The translations under genes and the position numbers were made by a program. A DNA stretch of 64,000 nt from Pelagomonas calceolata. Taxonomy: Eukaryota. Under the pieces are notes generated by a model. The model was not told where the DNA came from. It ran no database searches and saw nothing but the letters and a program-made list of their open reading frames with translations. Each line of letters begins with the position of its first letter. Position 1 is the stretch's first letter. Positions 30,165 to 40,804 of the stretch are shown piece by piece. The stretch is from positions 2,480,001 to 2,544,000 of the forward strand of contig CAKKNE010000006.1 of assembly GCA_918797485.1 (NCBI GenBank), written 5' to 3'.

Positions 30165-30729
30165 TTTTTTCTTGCCTGCGTGTGACGCGGGTGACGAATT
30201 GCGTCGATGGCGTGCTACTGCTAGCGTCGCTCGTGACGGCGGACGCGCGACGGCTGAGGTTTGCACGAGCGGCGGCCGAGGATTGGCCCAGGCGTGCCAC
30301 GTGTCTCCCGTGCTGCTGTGGCGCGGCGACAGCGTGCGTGCGCACGGCTGTGCAGAATACGGCGGCTTTTGGGCGAGATGGGCTTTGAGAGCTGGTTGCT
30401 CGCCGTGCGGCTCGAATCAGCTGGAGATTTCTTGCAAACGCCGAAGCAGCAATTCGATGAAGGCCACCAGCTACCTCAAATCTCGCGCGATGCAGGACGC
30501 GGCGACTGCTACCGTCTATCCGTACAGCGTGTCCTTTGTGCGTGGTCAGCAGAGCCTCGAGTGCGACCCCACGCAAACGCCCAAATCCACCAGCATCAGG
30601 TCTCGCATTGCTCGCGACGTCTACGTCAACGTCAGCTGAAGGGAAAAAAGCCCCGGCGCGCGGGCCGACCGTGAGCAAAGATAACATAACTAGGTTAATT
30701 GCCAGAGCACGACCCAGTGGAGGCTCTGC

Positions 30730-33700
30730 TCACCTTTCTCTCAGCCGCGGCGACCGCCGCGGCGGCGGCGCCGGCGACCGGTCCCGCTTCCGAGACGTCG
30801 CCGTCGACCGCGGCCGCTTAGCAGTAGGCTTCGCGGTCTCGCTCCCCCGGGTGCCTTTCCGGCCGCGCGGCTTCTTCGGCGGCGCGGGCGCCGGCGCGGG
30901 CGTCCCGCGCTTCCGGCTGCGCGGCTTCGCGGGCGCGGGCGCGGGCGCCGGAGCAGGCGCGGGCGTGGGCACCGGAGTAGGCGGCGCAGGCGCGGGCACG
31001 GGCGCCGGAGCCGGCGCCGGCGCCGGAGCGGGCGTCGTCGGGGCCGGCGGAAACGGGTACGGCACCGGCGCGGACGCCGGCCCCGCCGCCGCGCCATCCA
31101 ACGACACGACGCGCTCGTAGGGGCCGCGGATCTTCTCCGCGACCCGAGCCCGCGCCAGGGCCTGGGCCTCCTTCGGCGTCTCGCAGAAGTCACACGTCGA
31201 AGACGTGGCGCCGGCCGCGAACGACGCGAGCGAGCCGGCCCAGCGGCACACGACGCTGCAGCCGGTCGTCTTCACGACGTACGGCCGCCTGTGGCCGAGG
31301 GCCGTGCCCCGCACCAGCTTCTCGTCGACGTCGTCGTCCGTGGCCGTGGCCTCGAGCGGCGGCGGCACGTCGTCGCTGAAGTCCGTCAGCGGCCGCGTCG
31401 GCTCCTCGTCCTCGTCCGCCTCCTCGGGCGCGACGACCGGCGACCGCACGTGGACGACCACGTCGGCGGGCGCGTCCGGCACGGCCATATAGACGGCGTG
31501 CGCCGCGACGTCCGCGAAGCTGCCGCCCGCCGCGATCGCGAAGTGCAGGACGCGGTCGGGCCAGTGGCGCGCCGCCCAGGCGTGGAGGGCCCGCTCGAGG
31601 CGCCCGGCGATCGACTTGTGGGCCGTCGAGGCCAGGCGCGTGCCGCGGAGCGGAACAGGTCGACGATCCGTCGGCTCGAGGTCCTCGTCCTCCTCGAGAA
31701 ACAGCCGCCAGCGCCACGACGACCGGAGCGCGACGCGCTGTACCTCATCCTCCCACCAAGCGTCGCCCGCGAGGCCCACGTAGACGGGGAGCGTCGTCTG
31801 CCCGAACACGCGCCGCAGCTCCGCCTTGCACGCATCTAGCAACGTCCGGTACTCGGACTCCAGCTGCCGCGGCGACGCATGCGTCGTCGCCGCGTCCACT
31901 AACGAAGCCAACCGCCGCGCGCCCTTCGCCGTCTTGCGCAAAGTCTGGCACATCGCGCCGAAGGCGCGCTCGGCCGCCGCACCCCGCACGCCCCGCGCGA
32001 CGAGAGAATCGTACTTCTCCTTCGCCCTCATCCCTTCCGCGAGCAGTCTCTCGACCCGTCGTCTCCTACAAACAGCTTGGGTCCGACCCCTCGCAGCCGC
32101 CGCGGCCGCGCGCGCCCCCAGCAACTCCGAGTCCTCCTCGCCCAGGCCCCGCGCCTCCAACTCCCTAACTAACGCGTCGGCCGCGGCCGCGGTCGCGCGG
32201 CGTTCCCTGTAAACCCGCGTCTGCCGCGGCACGGCCTCCGCCGTCGCAATGGCCAGCGTCGCGCTCGCGGCGGCCAGCGCAGCATCGTCGCCGCCCTCAA
32301 CGGCGGCCGCGTGGCGCGCCTTGGCCACCGCGAGACGCGCGTCCGCGGCGTCTTCGCGCTTTCTACGGCCCCGCGTCGTCCGCGGCACGGCCTCCTCCTC
32401 CGCCGCGGCGAGGGCCGCGCGCGCGGCCGCCTTCTCCTCCTCGTCGTCGCCCGCCTCGGCGACGTCGCGGCGCCTCCTCGCCGCCTCGGCGCGCGCCAGG
32501 GCGTCGGCGCGCCGCCGCTGGTGGTCCGACAGCGCGTCCCGCCGCGCGTTGGCCAGCTCGCGTTGCACGGCGAGGGATCGCACGAGTCCCGCCGCTGAGT
32601 TATCGTCCCGCAGCTCCTCGAGGAGCGCCTCGAGCACCGGGATCCGCGTCGTGGCGTCGCGCCGCCGCCGCTGCTCGGGAGACAGCACGGCGTCCTCCGC
32701 CGCGGCGACGTCCTCGCGCGCCGCCTCGAGCTGGCGGCTTCGAGCAAGAGCCTCGCGCCGCCCATCGCGCGTCTCGCGATCCGGAGGCTCGGCCGCCACG
32801 AGCACATCTAACACGGCCGCCGCCGCGACCACCCTGTCTTTCCGTTTCGCCCGGCGCCGCTTCGTCGCCGCAGTCGCCATCACGGAAGGCAGTGCCGCGT
32901 GTGCCTCCTCCGCGGCGTCTCGCGCCGCCGGCAACGCCTTCGCCGCAGCTCGGCGACCAGCCCGTGCAGCCGTACAGCGACCCGAACCGGCCGCGTCGGC
33001 TTCTAATCGCGAAACCTCCGCGGCAGCACTCGCGTGCGCCGTCTTACGCCGGTGGGTCTTCGCCGCTGCCTCGCCCCTGGGCGCGGCCGCGTGGAGCGCG
33101 CGCTCCTTCGCGAACGCGGCGTCCACCGACTCCATGCCTCCGCTTCTCAACTCAGCGACGGCGGCAGCGCCTCCGCGGGCCCAGGCCTCGTCGTGAGCCT
33201 GCCTGACGACGGCGAGCCGGTCCCTCGCCTCATGCCACTTCGCGGTCCGCTCCCGGGCAGACAAGGCATACTTACGAGTATGATGTCGTGGGCCTTTTTC
33301 AATGCCGATGGGCATTTCTCTTAATAGATGGCTGTAATCGCCGGGTTGAGGAGCAGCTTTTCTGGCGGGACGCCGATCGCTCGTCAAGCCATCGCCGCGG
33401 CCGCGGCCGCGTCCCCGTCCGCCGCGTCCGCCGCGTCCGCCGCGATCACCGCGACCACCGCCGCGTCCACGCGGTGCGCGGGCGCGCGTCATGAGCAGCA
33501 CCAGCACCACAAACCAAATCCCAGCCTTTGCCGCCCAATTCAAACCCCAGCGCTTGCGCCGCAGCAATGCAGCGTTTGCAGACGATAACTGCGCAACGTC
33601 GAAAGTCTTCCGTGCAGTAACGGTTGCCGTGGCCAGCGACGCGGCCGACACAGCCTGTGGCGCGCAGGGAGGCCCAGTCGCCTCGAGACTAGAGCGTTTA

Positions 33701-33810
33701 TCCATCTTAGGAGTTATTTCGGTGAATTGATTGCGACCTGGGCGGCGGCCCGGCCGCCGCCGCGGCGTCGTAGGACGCCAGCAGCACCCCAAAACGCTGC
33801 TCTGCACCAA
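30730..33810 (-). CDS. Long Ala/Arg-rich hypothetical protein (start uncertain)
   Basis: 1026-codon open frame with an RGG tract, coiled-coil-like repeats, a globular segment (PVYVGLAGD...) and a Pro-Ala tail. Extreme GC content lowers confidence. Confidence 0.45.
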   Translation of the reverse strand: MVQSSVLGCCWRPTTPRRRPGRRPGRNQFTEITPKMDKRSSLEATGPPCAPQAVSAASLATATVTARKTFDVAQLSSANAALLRRKRWGLNWAAKAGIWFVVLVLLMTRARAPRGRGGGRGDRGGRGGRGGRGRGRGRGDGLTSDRRPARKAAPQPGDYSHLLREMPIGIEKGPRHHTRKYALSARERTAKWHEARDRLAVVRQAHDEAWARGGAAAVAELRSGGMESVDAAFAKERALHAAAPRGEAAAKTHRRKTAHASAAAEVSRLEADAAGSGRCTAARAGRRAAAKALPAARDAAEEAHAALPSVMATAATKRRRAKRKDRVVAAAAVLDVLVAAEPPDRETRDGRREALARSRQLEAAREDVAAAEDAVLSPEQRRRRDATTRIPVLEALLEELRDDNSAAGLVRSLAVQRELANARRDALSDHQRRRADALARAEAARRRRDVAEAGDDEEEKAAARAALAAAEEEAVPRTTRGRRKREDAADARLAVAKARHAAAVEGGDDAALAAASATLAIATAEAVPRQTRVYRERRATAAAADALVRELEARGLGEEDSELLGARAAAAAARGRTQAVCRRRRVERLLAEGMRAKEKYDSLVARGVRGAAAERAFGAMCQTLRKTAKGARRLASLVDAATTHASPRQLESEYRTLLDACKAELRRVFGQTTLPVYVGLAGDAWWEDEVQRVALRSSWRWRLFLEEDEDLEPTDRRPVPLRGTRLASTAHKSIAGRLERALHAWAARHWPDRVLHFAIAAGGSFADVAAHAVYMAVPDAPADVVVHVRSPVVAPEEADEDEEPTRPLTDFSDDVPPPLEATATDDDVDEKLVRGTALGHRRPYVVKTTGCSVVCRWAGSLASFAAGATSSTCDFCETPKEAQALARARVAEKIRGPYERVVSLDGAAAGPASAPVPYPFPPAPTTPAPAPAPAPAPVPAPAPPTPVPTPAPAPAPAPAPAKPRSRKRGTPAPAPAPPKKPRGRKGTRGSETAKPTAKRPRSTATSRKRDRSPAPPPRRSPRLRER

Positions 33811-34617
33811 ACAGCAACCCGCAAACGACTAAAGTTCGGGCTTGGGAGGACAAGTGAGACTCGGCATCGAGTTTTTGGGACTCCACGCGCAGCACCGCAG
33901 CGCGTTGCCTCACGTGAGTGCACGACGGAGCACTCTAAACGCCGTGGGTCGCCTGACGGGGCTGCCGGTAGCTCGTGGAGCCGCCAGGGGCAGCCCATGC
34001 CCCCGAGACATCATCGACGCCCCGCGATCGGCGAGACTTCCCGCGCGCGACAGTAAGCGACGAAGTCGAGGCCACTTGAATGTAGCTGATTACGTTGCCG
34101 CCGAGTCCCGCGCGTCGACGGCTCAGGTTCAGCGGCGTCGACGGGTTGCGGGCCGGTTCGCATAGACCGGGCTTCTCGCGGGCTAGCTGGACACGCTCCA
34201 CGGGCCTGGGCCACCGCTGGACGTGCCGTTGGCAGTCTTGCATGAGCTGGGCATCTCCGGGCTCGTCGCGTCGCTTCGCGGGCCTGCCGGTGGCGAATGT
34301 TATTGTGTGAAAATGGGGGGACGCTCCTCTAGGGGGACGCCGCATCGGTAACTTTAGATCGCCCGACCCCACGCGCGCGCCCAAAACCGCTAGCATCAGG
34401 TCTCGGATTGCTCGGGACTCTAGCTCGGGACGCCTACGTCGACGCGCTCCCTCGTAATTCAGGAAATTTTGACACACCGCGCGAGAGGCCAAATGGACGG
34501 GGAAGTTCCCCAGGGTCTTTCGAGTAGGCGTCACCGCCCGAGACAACCGAGCGGCACGAAACTGCAGGGTAAGCGTGGTCTTCACGCGCCCCGCGGACGC
34601 CCCAACTAGAGAAGAAA

Positions 34618-37407
34618 CTAGAGCTCAAGAGAAATTACCCCCCCACTCGCACAAACAACAACCCCACCAGAGAGCACGCGGCGCGCCGGCGACGATAACG
34701 CACAAGCGCGGCCCGCGGTCAGCCGCCGCACGCAAGGAGCATGAGATGGCGGCCCGAGGACCCGCGCTGAGTCTTCCGAAACGTCCAGGACCTTCACGTA
34801 CCGGTCGCACCCCAGTATCAACTGGGAACCGGCAAAGCCGAGGCACCGCACCACACTCGGATCCTGAGCTAAAGCCACCATTTGTAGATCCCCGCCATTG
34901 TACGAAAACACAGAGACGGCGTGGCCCTCGGCCGCGACGGCGACGCAATTTTTGGTACATGCGAGGGCCGTCACGGTCGATGGAGTAGAGGCCGACGCCA
35001 GTACTTTCAAGTCGTAGGACGGCAGGCGCCACTCGTCAGCACTTTTTCCGTTGTTGACCCAGCCCACGACATGCAGAGAAGCCCCGGCGGCGACCGCGAT
35101 CGCATCGTTAAATTCTGAGGCGCACCGCGGCTCTCCATCAACATCGCACGCCCCGAGAGCAATACAAGCCAGCCGGCCGTTCGTTCCTCTTAGCTCGCAG
35201 ACGGCTAGCGCATCCTTCGTAATGATGGAGACGCCCGGCGCCCCCTCGGGGCCCCGGCTTCGACAGACCGCGATCACGGCGCCTGACAGCTCTACTGAAC
35301 AAACTTCCGCGAACGCCCCGTCGTAGAAGCGTACTGAAGGACCACCAGCCGCGGCAAGGTAGTCTCCCATTGATGCTACAGATGAAGCGGCGCCGACGGC
35401 CGTCGCTAGGACCTCAGTCCTCAGGCTCGCGCGGCTCAGGCGGCCCCGCCCATCTCTCCTGACGAAGTCTTTGCCAATAGAAACGTAGTCTCCGGTGCCC
35501 AATTGACACCCATCGTGATAGTTCACGACGGCCCCGTCGCCCGTCTGAACGATGTTGTCTGAGACAAAGGTCAAAACGTTTTTGACAAACATGCGTTTCC
35601 CGTCCACGAGGACGCCGTCCGGCAATAGTACAGCCAGCGTCCCGTCCTTCAGTATTCTAACGTCCGACGCCGGGTCCGTCAACGCCACCTGCTCCACGGT
35701 GTCTAGTGTGTCGAGCGTTAAAATAACAGCGTCGCGACCGTACGCCACGGCCACCTTCGAACCTCGCAGGTGGAGCGCATATATTTCATGAGGTAACCTT
35801 TTTGAGGCGAGTTTCCGGCCCGCGGCGTCGAGGGCCACGAGCTCGTCGCGGCCCGCGGCAACGATGCGACCCCCATCTATCGACGCGCAGCAGAAGCGGT
35901 TCACGACGTAGGTGCCGTGGAACTCAACACAATCTCCATTCACGTCACAGGTGCGGAGGCCGTCGGTGCCCACGTGCACGATGCGACTTCCGTCGAAGCC
36001 GAGCGCGAGCGTGCCATGAGATAGTATGGAAGCGATCCTGCCCGACTTAACGAAGTTGTCGCCTTTGAGCACGACAGCAACGTCGCCAGCAACCACGAGC
36101 GTCGCATCTTTTAGTTTAGTGGCGAAGAGCTCGTGCCGCGGCACCGTGAGATCATACACTCCATCGTCCACTAAACGATCGTGGCGACTCCACAACATAC
36201 CACCACCGACACACACGACCCTCTCATGAACGAGGCACGCGTCGCCCACGTCTCCGCTCGCATCCAGCACGTTCGTCGCCGTCGACGCCGCGTCGCCCGA
36301 GAACTTGACGAGAGCAGCGCCGGCGGGACCGGCGCCGAGGCAGCGATCGCCCAGACGCGCGGCGCAGTCAAAGACTTTCGACGTCACGACGCGATTCGCC
36401 AGACCGTGCTCATCAAACCGCAACGCCTCCGTGCCCTGTTCGGAGCACACTATTACAGCGTCCCCCAGAGGTAGCACGAGGTACGGCACCACCCGGTGCG
36501 GCTCGTCGATCGTCACTACCCCAAAACTTTCGCCGTTGGATGAACGGAAGAGTCTACACTCGTAAGCCGCGACGCACGCCACGGCCGCGCCCTGGCGCAC
36601 ACTACAAACGCAAGCCCCGGGTGACACGTGGTCGACGCGCCAGGGGCCCTCCTCGACCACCAATCCTTTGGGGGTGTCGAAGCACACCACAGTTGTGGTC
36701 TCTATCGCCTCCTGCGAAACAAGGGCGAGGCACATGCGCTGGTTTTCGAGACACGTGGCGCTCGTGACGAACCCCTCGAAGGGCGCGTCGACGGGCTTCG
36801 CCGTCTTGCCCACGCATTCGACGGCCGCGAATTTTCCAGCCGACCACGCGAAGATAAGGGCCGTACTTTTCGTACCTTCGTCGTTCACTAACGGCGCGAC
36901 AACAATGGCGGGGCTCCTCACACCACTTATGCCGAAGCCGCTCCGCGCGATAATCGACAGAGTTGATCCCTCGACGACGAGCGCCGTCCATCGCAACGAT
37001 CCTCGATTCTCTTCGTCGACGACGACGACGGCGTCCCGATCGTGTGCGCACGTCACGGCCAGGGCCACGACGCGCTCGTGGGAGTCGTCGGAGGTTGCAA
37101 TTAACTCGAGCTTTTGGTCGACCTCCGCCCAGACCTCGACGCGACCGCCCTTGGCCACGGCGACTTCGGGCCGCCACTTCGCGCGCCACGCCGGGTCCAT
37201 GGTGCTCACCGAGAAGCATTGCCTTTCCGAACACGCGGCGACGGCGTGGACGCGGCGCGGGGGCTGCATGGTTGTGGGGTGCAGTTTACCAGGCGGCATT
37301 GCGGTCACTGGTCTACGGCTGCCCGACGCATCAGAAGCGGTGCGGCAGCCGCATAAATCGACGAATGGCTGCCTCTGGACCGACGTTCGACGCGGCGGTT
37401 GGCGCAC
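34618..37407 (-). CDS. Multi-beta-propeller protein, DDB1/CPSF1/SF3B3-like (start uncertain, possibly 37200)
   Basis: 929-aa beta-strand-rich ORF; VAVAKGGRVEVW resembles the start of DDB1-family proteins (inference). Confidence 0.55.
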   Translation of the reverse strand: MRQPPRRTSVQRQPFVDLCGCRTASDASGSRRPVTAMPPGKLHPTTMQPPRRVHAVAACSERQCFSVSTMDPAWRAKWRPEVAVAKGGRVEVWAEVDQKLELIATSDDSHERVVALAVTCAHDRDAVVVVDEENRGSLRWTALVVEGSTLSIIARSGFGISGVRSPAIVVAPLVNDEGTKSTALIFAWSAGKFAAVECVGKTAKPVDAPFEGFVTSATCLENQRMCLALVSQEAIETTTVVCFDTPKGLVVEEGPWRVDHVSPGACVCSVRQGAAVACVAAYECRLFRSSNGESFGVVTIDEPHRVVPYLVLPLGDAVIVCSEQGTEALRFDEHGLANRVVTSKVFDCAARLGDRCLGAGPAGAALVKFSGDAASTATNVLDASGDVGDACLVHERVVCVGGGMLWSRHDRLVDDGVYDLTVPRHELFATKLKDATLVVAGDVAVVLKGDNFVKSGRIASILSHGTLALGFDGSRIVHVGTDGLRTCDVNGDCVEFHGTYVVNRFCCASIDGGRIVAAGRDELVALDAAGRKLASKRLPHEIYALHLRGSKVAVAYGRDAVILTLDTLDTVEQVALTDPASDVRILKDGTLAVLLPDGVLVDGKRMFVKNVLTFVSDNIVQTGDGAVVNYHDGCQLGTGDYVSIGKDFVRRDGRGRLSRASLRTEVLATAVGAASSVASMGDYLAAAGGPSVRFYDGAFAEVCSVELSGAVIAVCRSRGPEGAPGVSIITKDALAVCELRGTNGRLACIALGACDVDGEPRCASEFNDAIAVAAGASLHVVGWVNNGKSADEWRLPSYDLKVLASASTPSTVTALACTKNCVAVAAEGHAVSVFSYNGGDLQMVALAQDPSVVRCLGFAGSQLILGCDRYVKVLDVSEDSARVLGPPSHAPCVRRLTAGRACALSSPARRVLSGGVVVCASGGVISLEL

Positions 37408-37597
37408 GCCGTTTAACTAGCATCATCGATACTAGCCTTTGACAAGAACAAGCTTTTGACACACGGCCGCGTACGCCGCCGACGCGACGACCGGTTATCA
37501 AGAGGCTGCCCCAGAGCCGGACCCGCCCCGCGAAGACGCTCTGGGGACCCGCGCTTGGTGCCGCGCTCAGTAAGCCGGTACCCAAGAGCCTGGAACC

Positions 37598-38308
37598 ATG
37601 CCGTGCTGCCTCTGCTTCTCCGACGCGCCCCTGAATGAAAATGAGTTGAAAGGGCAGCGGGCGGTCGCCATCGGCCGCTACGTGGCCAACGTGAACACGT
37701 TCCAGACGAAGATGATCGACGTTCCCTGCTCTTGTGCGACGTTACCGTGCTGTTTGATCTCGACGTGCCCCTACGTCTCGCTGTGCGTCCAAATAGACAT
37801 GCGGCACCGTGTGCTCAATCATGTCAGTCCGGGCTCGGGCTGGACGCACTACCAGTGCTGCCAGGGCCACTGCCCCGTGTGCTGCTTCAAGCCGTCTGAT
37901 ACACCACATACCTTCCCGCGCACGTGCATGTGCCTCGAGGCCTTCTGCTGCACTGGTCTGGCGGCGTCGGCGAACCGCTTCGTGATCATGGACAAGTACG
38001 GGCTGATGCCAGACCCGTGCGACAACAGTCTCATCCGGATGAACAACTTCCTGCTACTCGCGCGCTGTATCTGCGACATCGCGGCGATATTCGATAAGAA
38101 TCTGCGACACGCGGCCCAAATCTTGGATTGTCTTTCCGAGGTCCTCTTCTGGTCGACGCTCGGCTGCATGACGGCGCAGACCTACGCCGAGGTCCAGTTC
38201 CGCGAGCAGGCGGCGAGCGCGGTCGTCTACCAGCCCATGCCCGCCGATAGCGATTATGGGTCCTACGAGGCGCCCAAGGCGCCGGGCGCCCCCGCTTCCA
38301 CGGAGTAA
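37598..38308 (+). CDS. PLAC8-like cysteine-rich protein
   Basis: Many CC pairs: YQCCQG, CMCLEAFCC, DPCDNSLIR, GCMTAQ. Confidence 0.75.
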   Translation: MPCCLCFSDAPLNENELKGQRAVAIGRYVANVNTFQTKMIDVPCSCATLPCCLISTCPYVSLCVQIDMRHRVLNHVSPGSGWTHYQCCQGHCPVCCFKPSDTPHTFPRTCMCLEAFCCTGLAASANRFVIMDKYGLMPDPCDNSLIRMNNFLLLARCICDIAAIFDKNLRHAAQILDCLSEVLFWSTLGCMTAQTYAEVQFREQAASAVVYQPMPADSDYGSYEAPKAPGAPASTE

Positions 38309-38343
38309 TGGCCCCCTTTTTGTGAATCACATCACAAAGCTAG

Positions 38344-39033
38344 TTAGTCCGCCTCGCGGAGGTCGCGCAGCGTGAACATGCGCCCCATGAAGGACGTGTC
38401 CTGAGCTTTTAAACGGGCGTAGGCCCGCAATCCACCTTCCCAGTGCTCGTGGGTCAGGCCGCGCGGGCAGTGGACGCCCATGACTCCTAGATGCGCCGCG
38501 TCGCCGAGGTTCTCGGTGTAGTCGTCGAAAAAGATCATGTCACAATAAGCGACGCCCGACGCCTCCCGGATCCGCTGCAGGTGCTTCCGCTTGTTGCCCT
38601 CGTAGATCTCTCTGTAAGAAAATAACGTCGCGATGGACTGGCCGTGGTCGAGCTTAAAGTCGGCCAGGAGCTTCTCCGCCCAGTCCGTAGCGGTCGCGCG
38701 CGATGCCACGGCCGCTTGCGTCTTTTCCCAGCCTTCGCCCGCCAGGTCGTGCAGTGCGTCTAGCGCTCCAGCCGTCAGCTTGATGTCTTTGTTTGCTTTG
38801 GGTTTCTTGCCTCGCATTTGATACAACTCCGGTTGCCAGAGCGTGTTATCGAGGTCGAACACTATGAGTTTCGGCCGGGCGGCGCCTTTTGGTAATTCCG
38901 CGCGCTTCGGTGGTTCTTTGTTTTTCGCCTTTCGCTTTTTCGCATGGAGTGCTGTCGCAGAGGCGCGTCGCAGACCACTGCTCCTCAGGAGAGCAGAGGC
39001 ATGAGTGAGGAGCATACAGGCAACTACTCGCAT
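38344..39033 (-). CDS. MDP1: Magnesium-dependent phosphatase 1 (HAD IIIC), with a targeting presequence
   Basis: PKLIVFDLDNTLW, AVASR, KxxH (KRKH) and MIFFDD motifs. Confidence 0.85.
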   Translation of the reverse strand: MRVVACMLLTHASALLRSSGLRRASATALHAKKRKAKNKEPPKRAELPKGAARPKLIVFDLDNTLWQPELYQMRGKKPKANKDIKLTAGALDALHDLAGEGWEKTQAAVASRATATDWAEKLLADFKLDHGQSIATLFSYREIYEGNKRKHLQRIREASGVAYCDMIFFDDYTENLGDAAHLGVMGVHCPRGLTHEHWEGGLRAYARLKAQDTSFMGRMFTLRDLREAD

Positions 39034-39135
39034 CACTGTCCAAGCGATCCGTGCGCATACGTTGTGCACACGACGAGCTATTTTGGCCACCAGACGAAGT
39101 ATCGCACGACAGCGTCGTTGCGGTCTGCAGGTTTA

Positions 39136-39158
39136 GCTAGCGTCGTGTAAGACACTAG
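39136..39158 (-). promoter_or_regulatory. CTAG-bipartite intergenic motif, copy 7
   Basis: Minus strand CTAGTGTCTTACACGACGCTAGC, centred between divergent ATGs. Confidence 0.7.
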
Positions 39159-39268
39159 CAAATTTGTGTGGCCAACTGATGGAGCCGTAAATCCACGCAA
39201 GGGCTGCCCCACGGACGAACAACGACGACAGCCGACGCCCGGACGCCCCGCGACGCCGCCGCCGAGCG

Positions 39269-40555
39269 ATGAGCCTCGGCAGCTTACCAAGAGACGCCCT
39301 CGACGCCCTGGAGACCATCGCCTCGAACCTGCAGAGGGAGCCGCACAATGCAAAGTTCCGCACGCTACGATTAAGTAATGCGGCGGTGCAGCGTCGATTA
39401 GGGTCCCACGCCGCGCGCGCGGCGCTCGCGGGTTTGGGCTTTGTTAAAAGAGACGACGCGATGACTCTGGAGACGATCGACATGCGTGCCGTGGAGCGCA
39501 CGCTCGCCGCCGTAAAGGCGGCCAAAAATACTGAAGGTATCACTTGGAACGTCGTCGACACGACGATGCCGTCGCCGCCACCAAAACAAGCTTGGGGTAC
39601 ACAACGATCGCCGTCCCCGAAAAAGCCGCCAAAGCCACGCGCACCCTTGGATGCTGAAAGAAATAGGGTCACGCGGCCCAATACAAGCTGGGACGACGTC
39701 GTCGGTCTCGGTCAGGTGAAGACGGAGCTCCAGCAAATAGCGAGAGAAATGCAAGGAGGCCCGCGCTGGGAGGACCGCTTGATACTGTTATATGGCCCGC
39801 CGGGCTGCGGCAAGGGTTTGCTGGCGGCGTGTCTGGCCACGGAGTGGGGCCGCGGCGATTTGGTGACCGTGCACGGGGCCGAGCTACGAAGCGAGTTTTC
39901 CAGAAGCAAATCAGAAGCCAAGCGCTTCTACGACCGAGCGAGGTCGTTGGCGCCTTGCGTGTTGTTAGTAAGGGGTCTGGAGCTGAACGACTGCGGCGAC
40001 GCGTTGATGGACCTGAAGGGTCCGGATGACCGCGTGATTGTTATTGTGACATGCTCCGTGCTCCCTACGACGCCATCGCGGCGGCGCCGCGCGTTACGAT
40101 CGCGAGCCACTGAAGGGTTAGCGGCCTTCGACCAGCTGCTGAACGTGCCGATGCCTTCTTCTTTTGAACGATCAAGGTTGGTCGCGAGTTGTCTATCAAG
40201 GTCGTCGGGCTCTGATAGTCCGGCGCCGCCATACGATATAGATGTGGACGACCTCGCGGGGCAGATGCTCGGGTTTGCACCCAGGGCTGTAGTAAGGGTG
40301 GTGGACGCGGCGCGTCGAAATGCGAGTCGTCGGAAGCCGCGGGCTTCTGTCCTGGAGTCCGATTTTGACATGGTATTGGACGCCGTGCCCTCCCTGGACA
40401 CGCTCGCGCCGAACCGCGAGGCGTCGGACGGTTTGGTTTGTGACTGGGGCGACGCGTTGGCGTGGCGCGCGATCACGCCGGCGGCCGAGCGAGCTTTGCG
40501 GGCGGCCGACGGCGACGAGTCGGAGGCCACGCCTGTCAAGCGGGGTATTCGGTGA
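39269..40555 (+). CDS. PUB domain + degenerate AAA+ ATPase (CDC48 D2-like)
   Basis: PUB: NLQREPHNAKFRTLRLSNAAV...LGF. AAA: WDDVVGLGQVK, LLYGPPGCGKGLLA. Walker B is altered (LLVRGLE). Confidence 0.75.
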   Translation: MSLGSLPRDALDALETIASNLQREPHNAKFRTLRLSNAAVQRRLGSHAARAALAGLGFVKRDDAMTLETIDMRAVERTLAAVKAAKNTEGITWNVVDTTMPSPPPKQAWGTQRSPSPKKPPKPRAPLDAERNRVTRPNTSWDDVVGLGQVKTELQQIAREMQGGPRWEDRLILLYGPPGCGKGLLAACLATEWGRGDLVTVHGAELRSEFSRSKSEAKRFYDRARSLAPCVLLVRGLELNDCGDALMDLKGPDDRVIVIVTCSVLPTTPSRRRRALRSRATEGLAAFDQLLNVPMPSSFERSRLVASCLSRSSGSDSPAPPYDIDVDDLAGQMLGFAPRAVVRVVDAARRNASRRKPRASVLESDFDMVLDAVPSLDTLAPNREASDGLVCDWGDALAWRAITPAAERALRAADGDESEATPVKRGIR

Positions 40556-40804
40556 CGGTAATGAATATGTTTGTATAGCGGCGATGGCGTGTTAGGGGGA
40601 GCTGGCGTCGCCGCGTCGTTGCACCGCGAAGCACAAGAAACTAGTTTTCGCCCCCTAGTAAGTGTCGTATTGATATCTTTGGACCATTATCGAACTCAAC
40701 TACGCTCAAACAACGTAGTCGCGTCCCGTCGCATGCAACAAAACGGGTTTCTCACGCTTAGCCGCCGCGACCTCACAGACACCGCCAGACACCGCCAGAC
40801 CAAA

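Noticed and set aside
28948..30266. PRK appearing truncated or pseudogenised in the ORF track
   Set aside because: Two introns restore the full conserved C-terminus.
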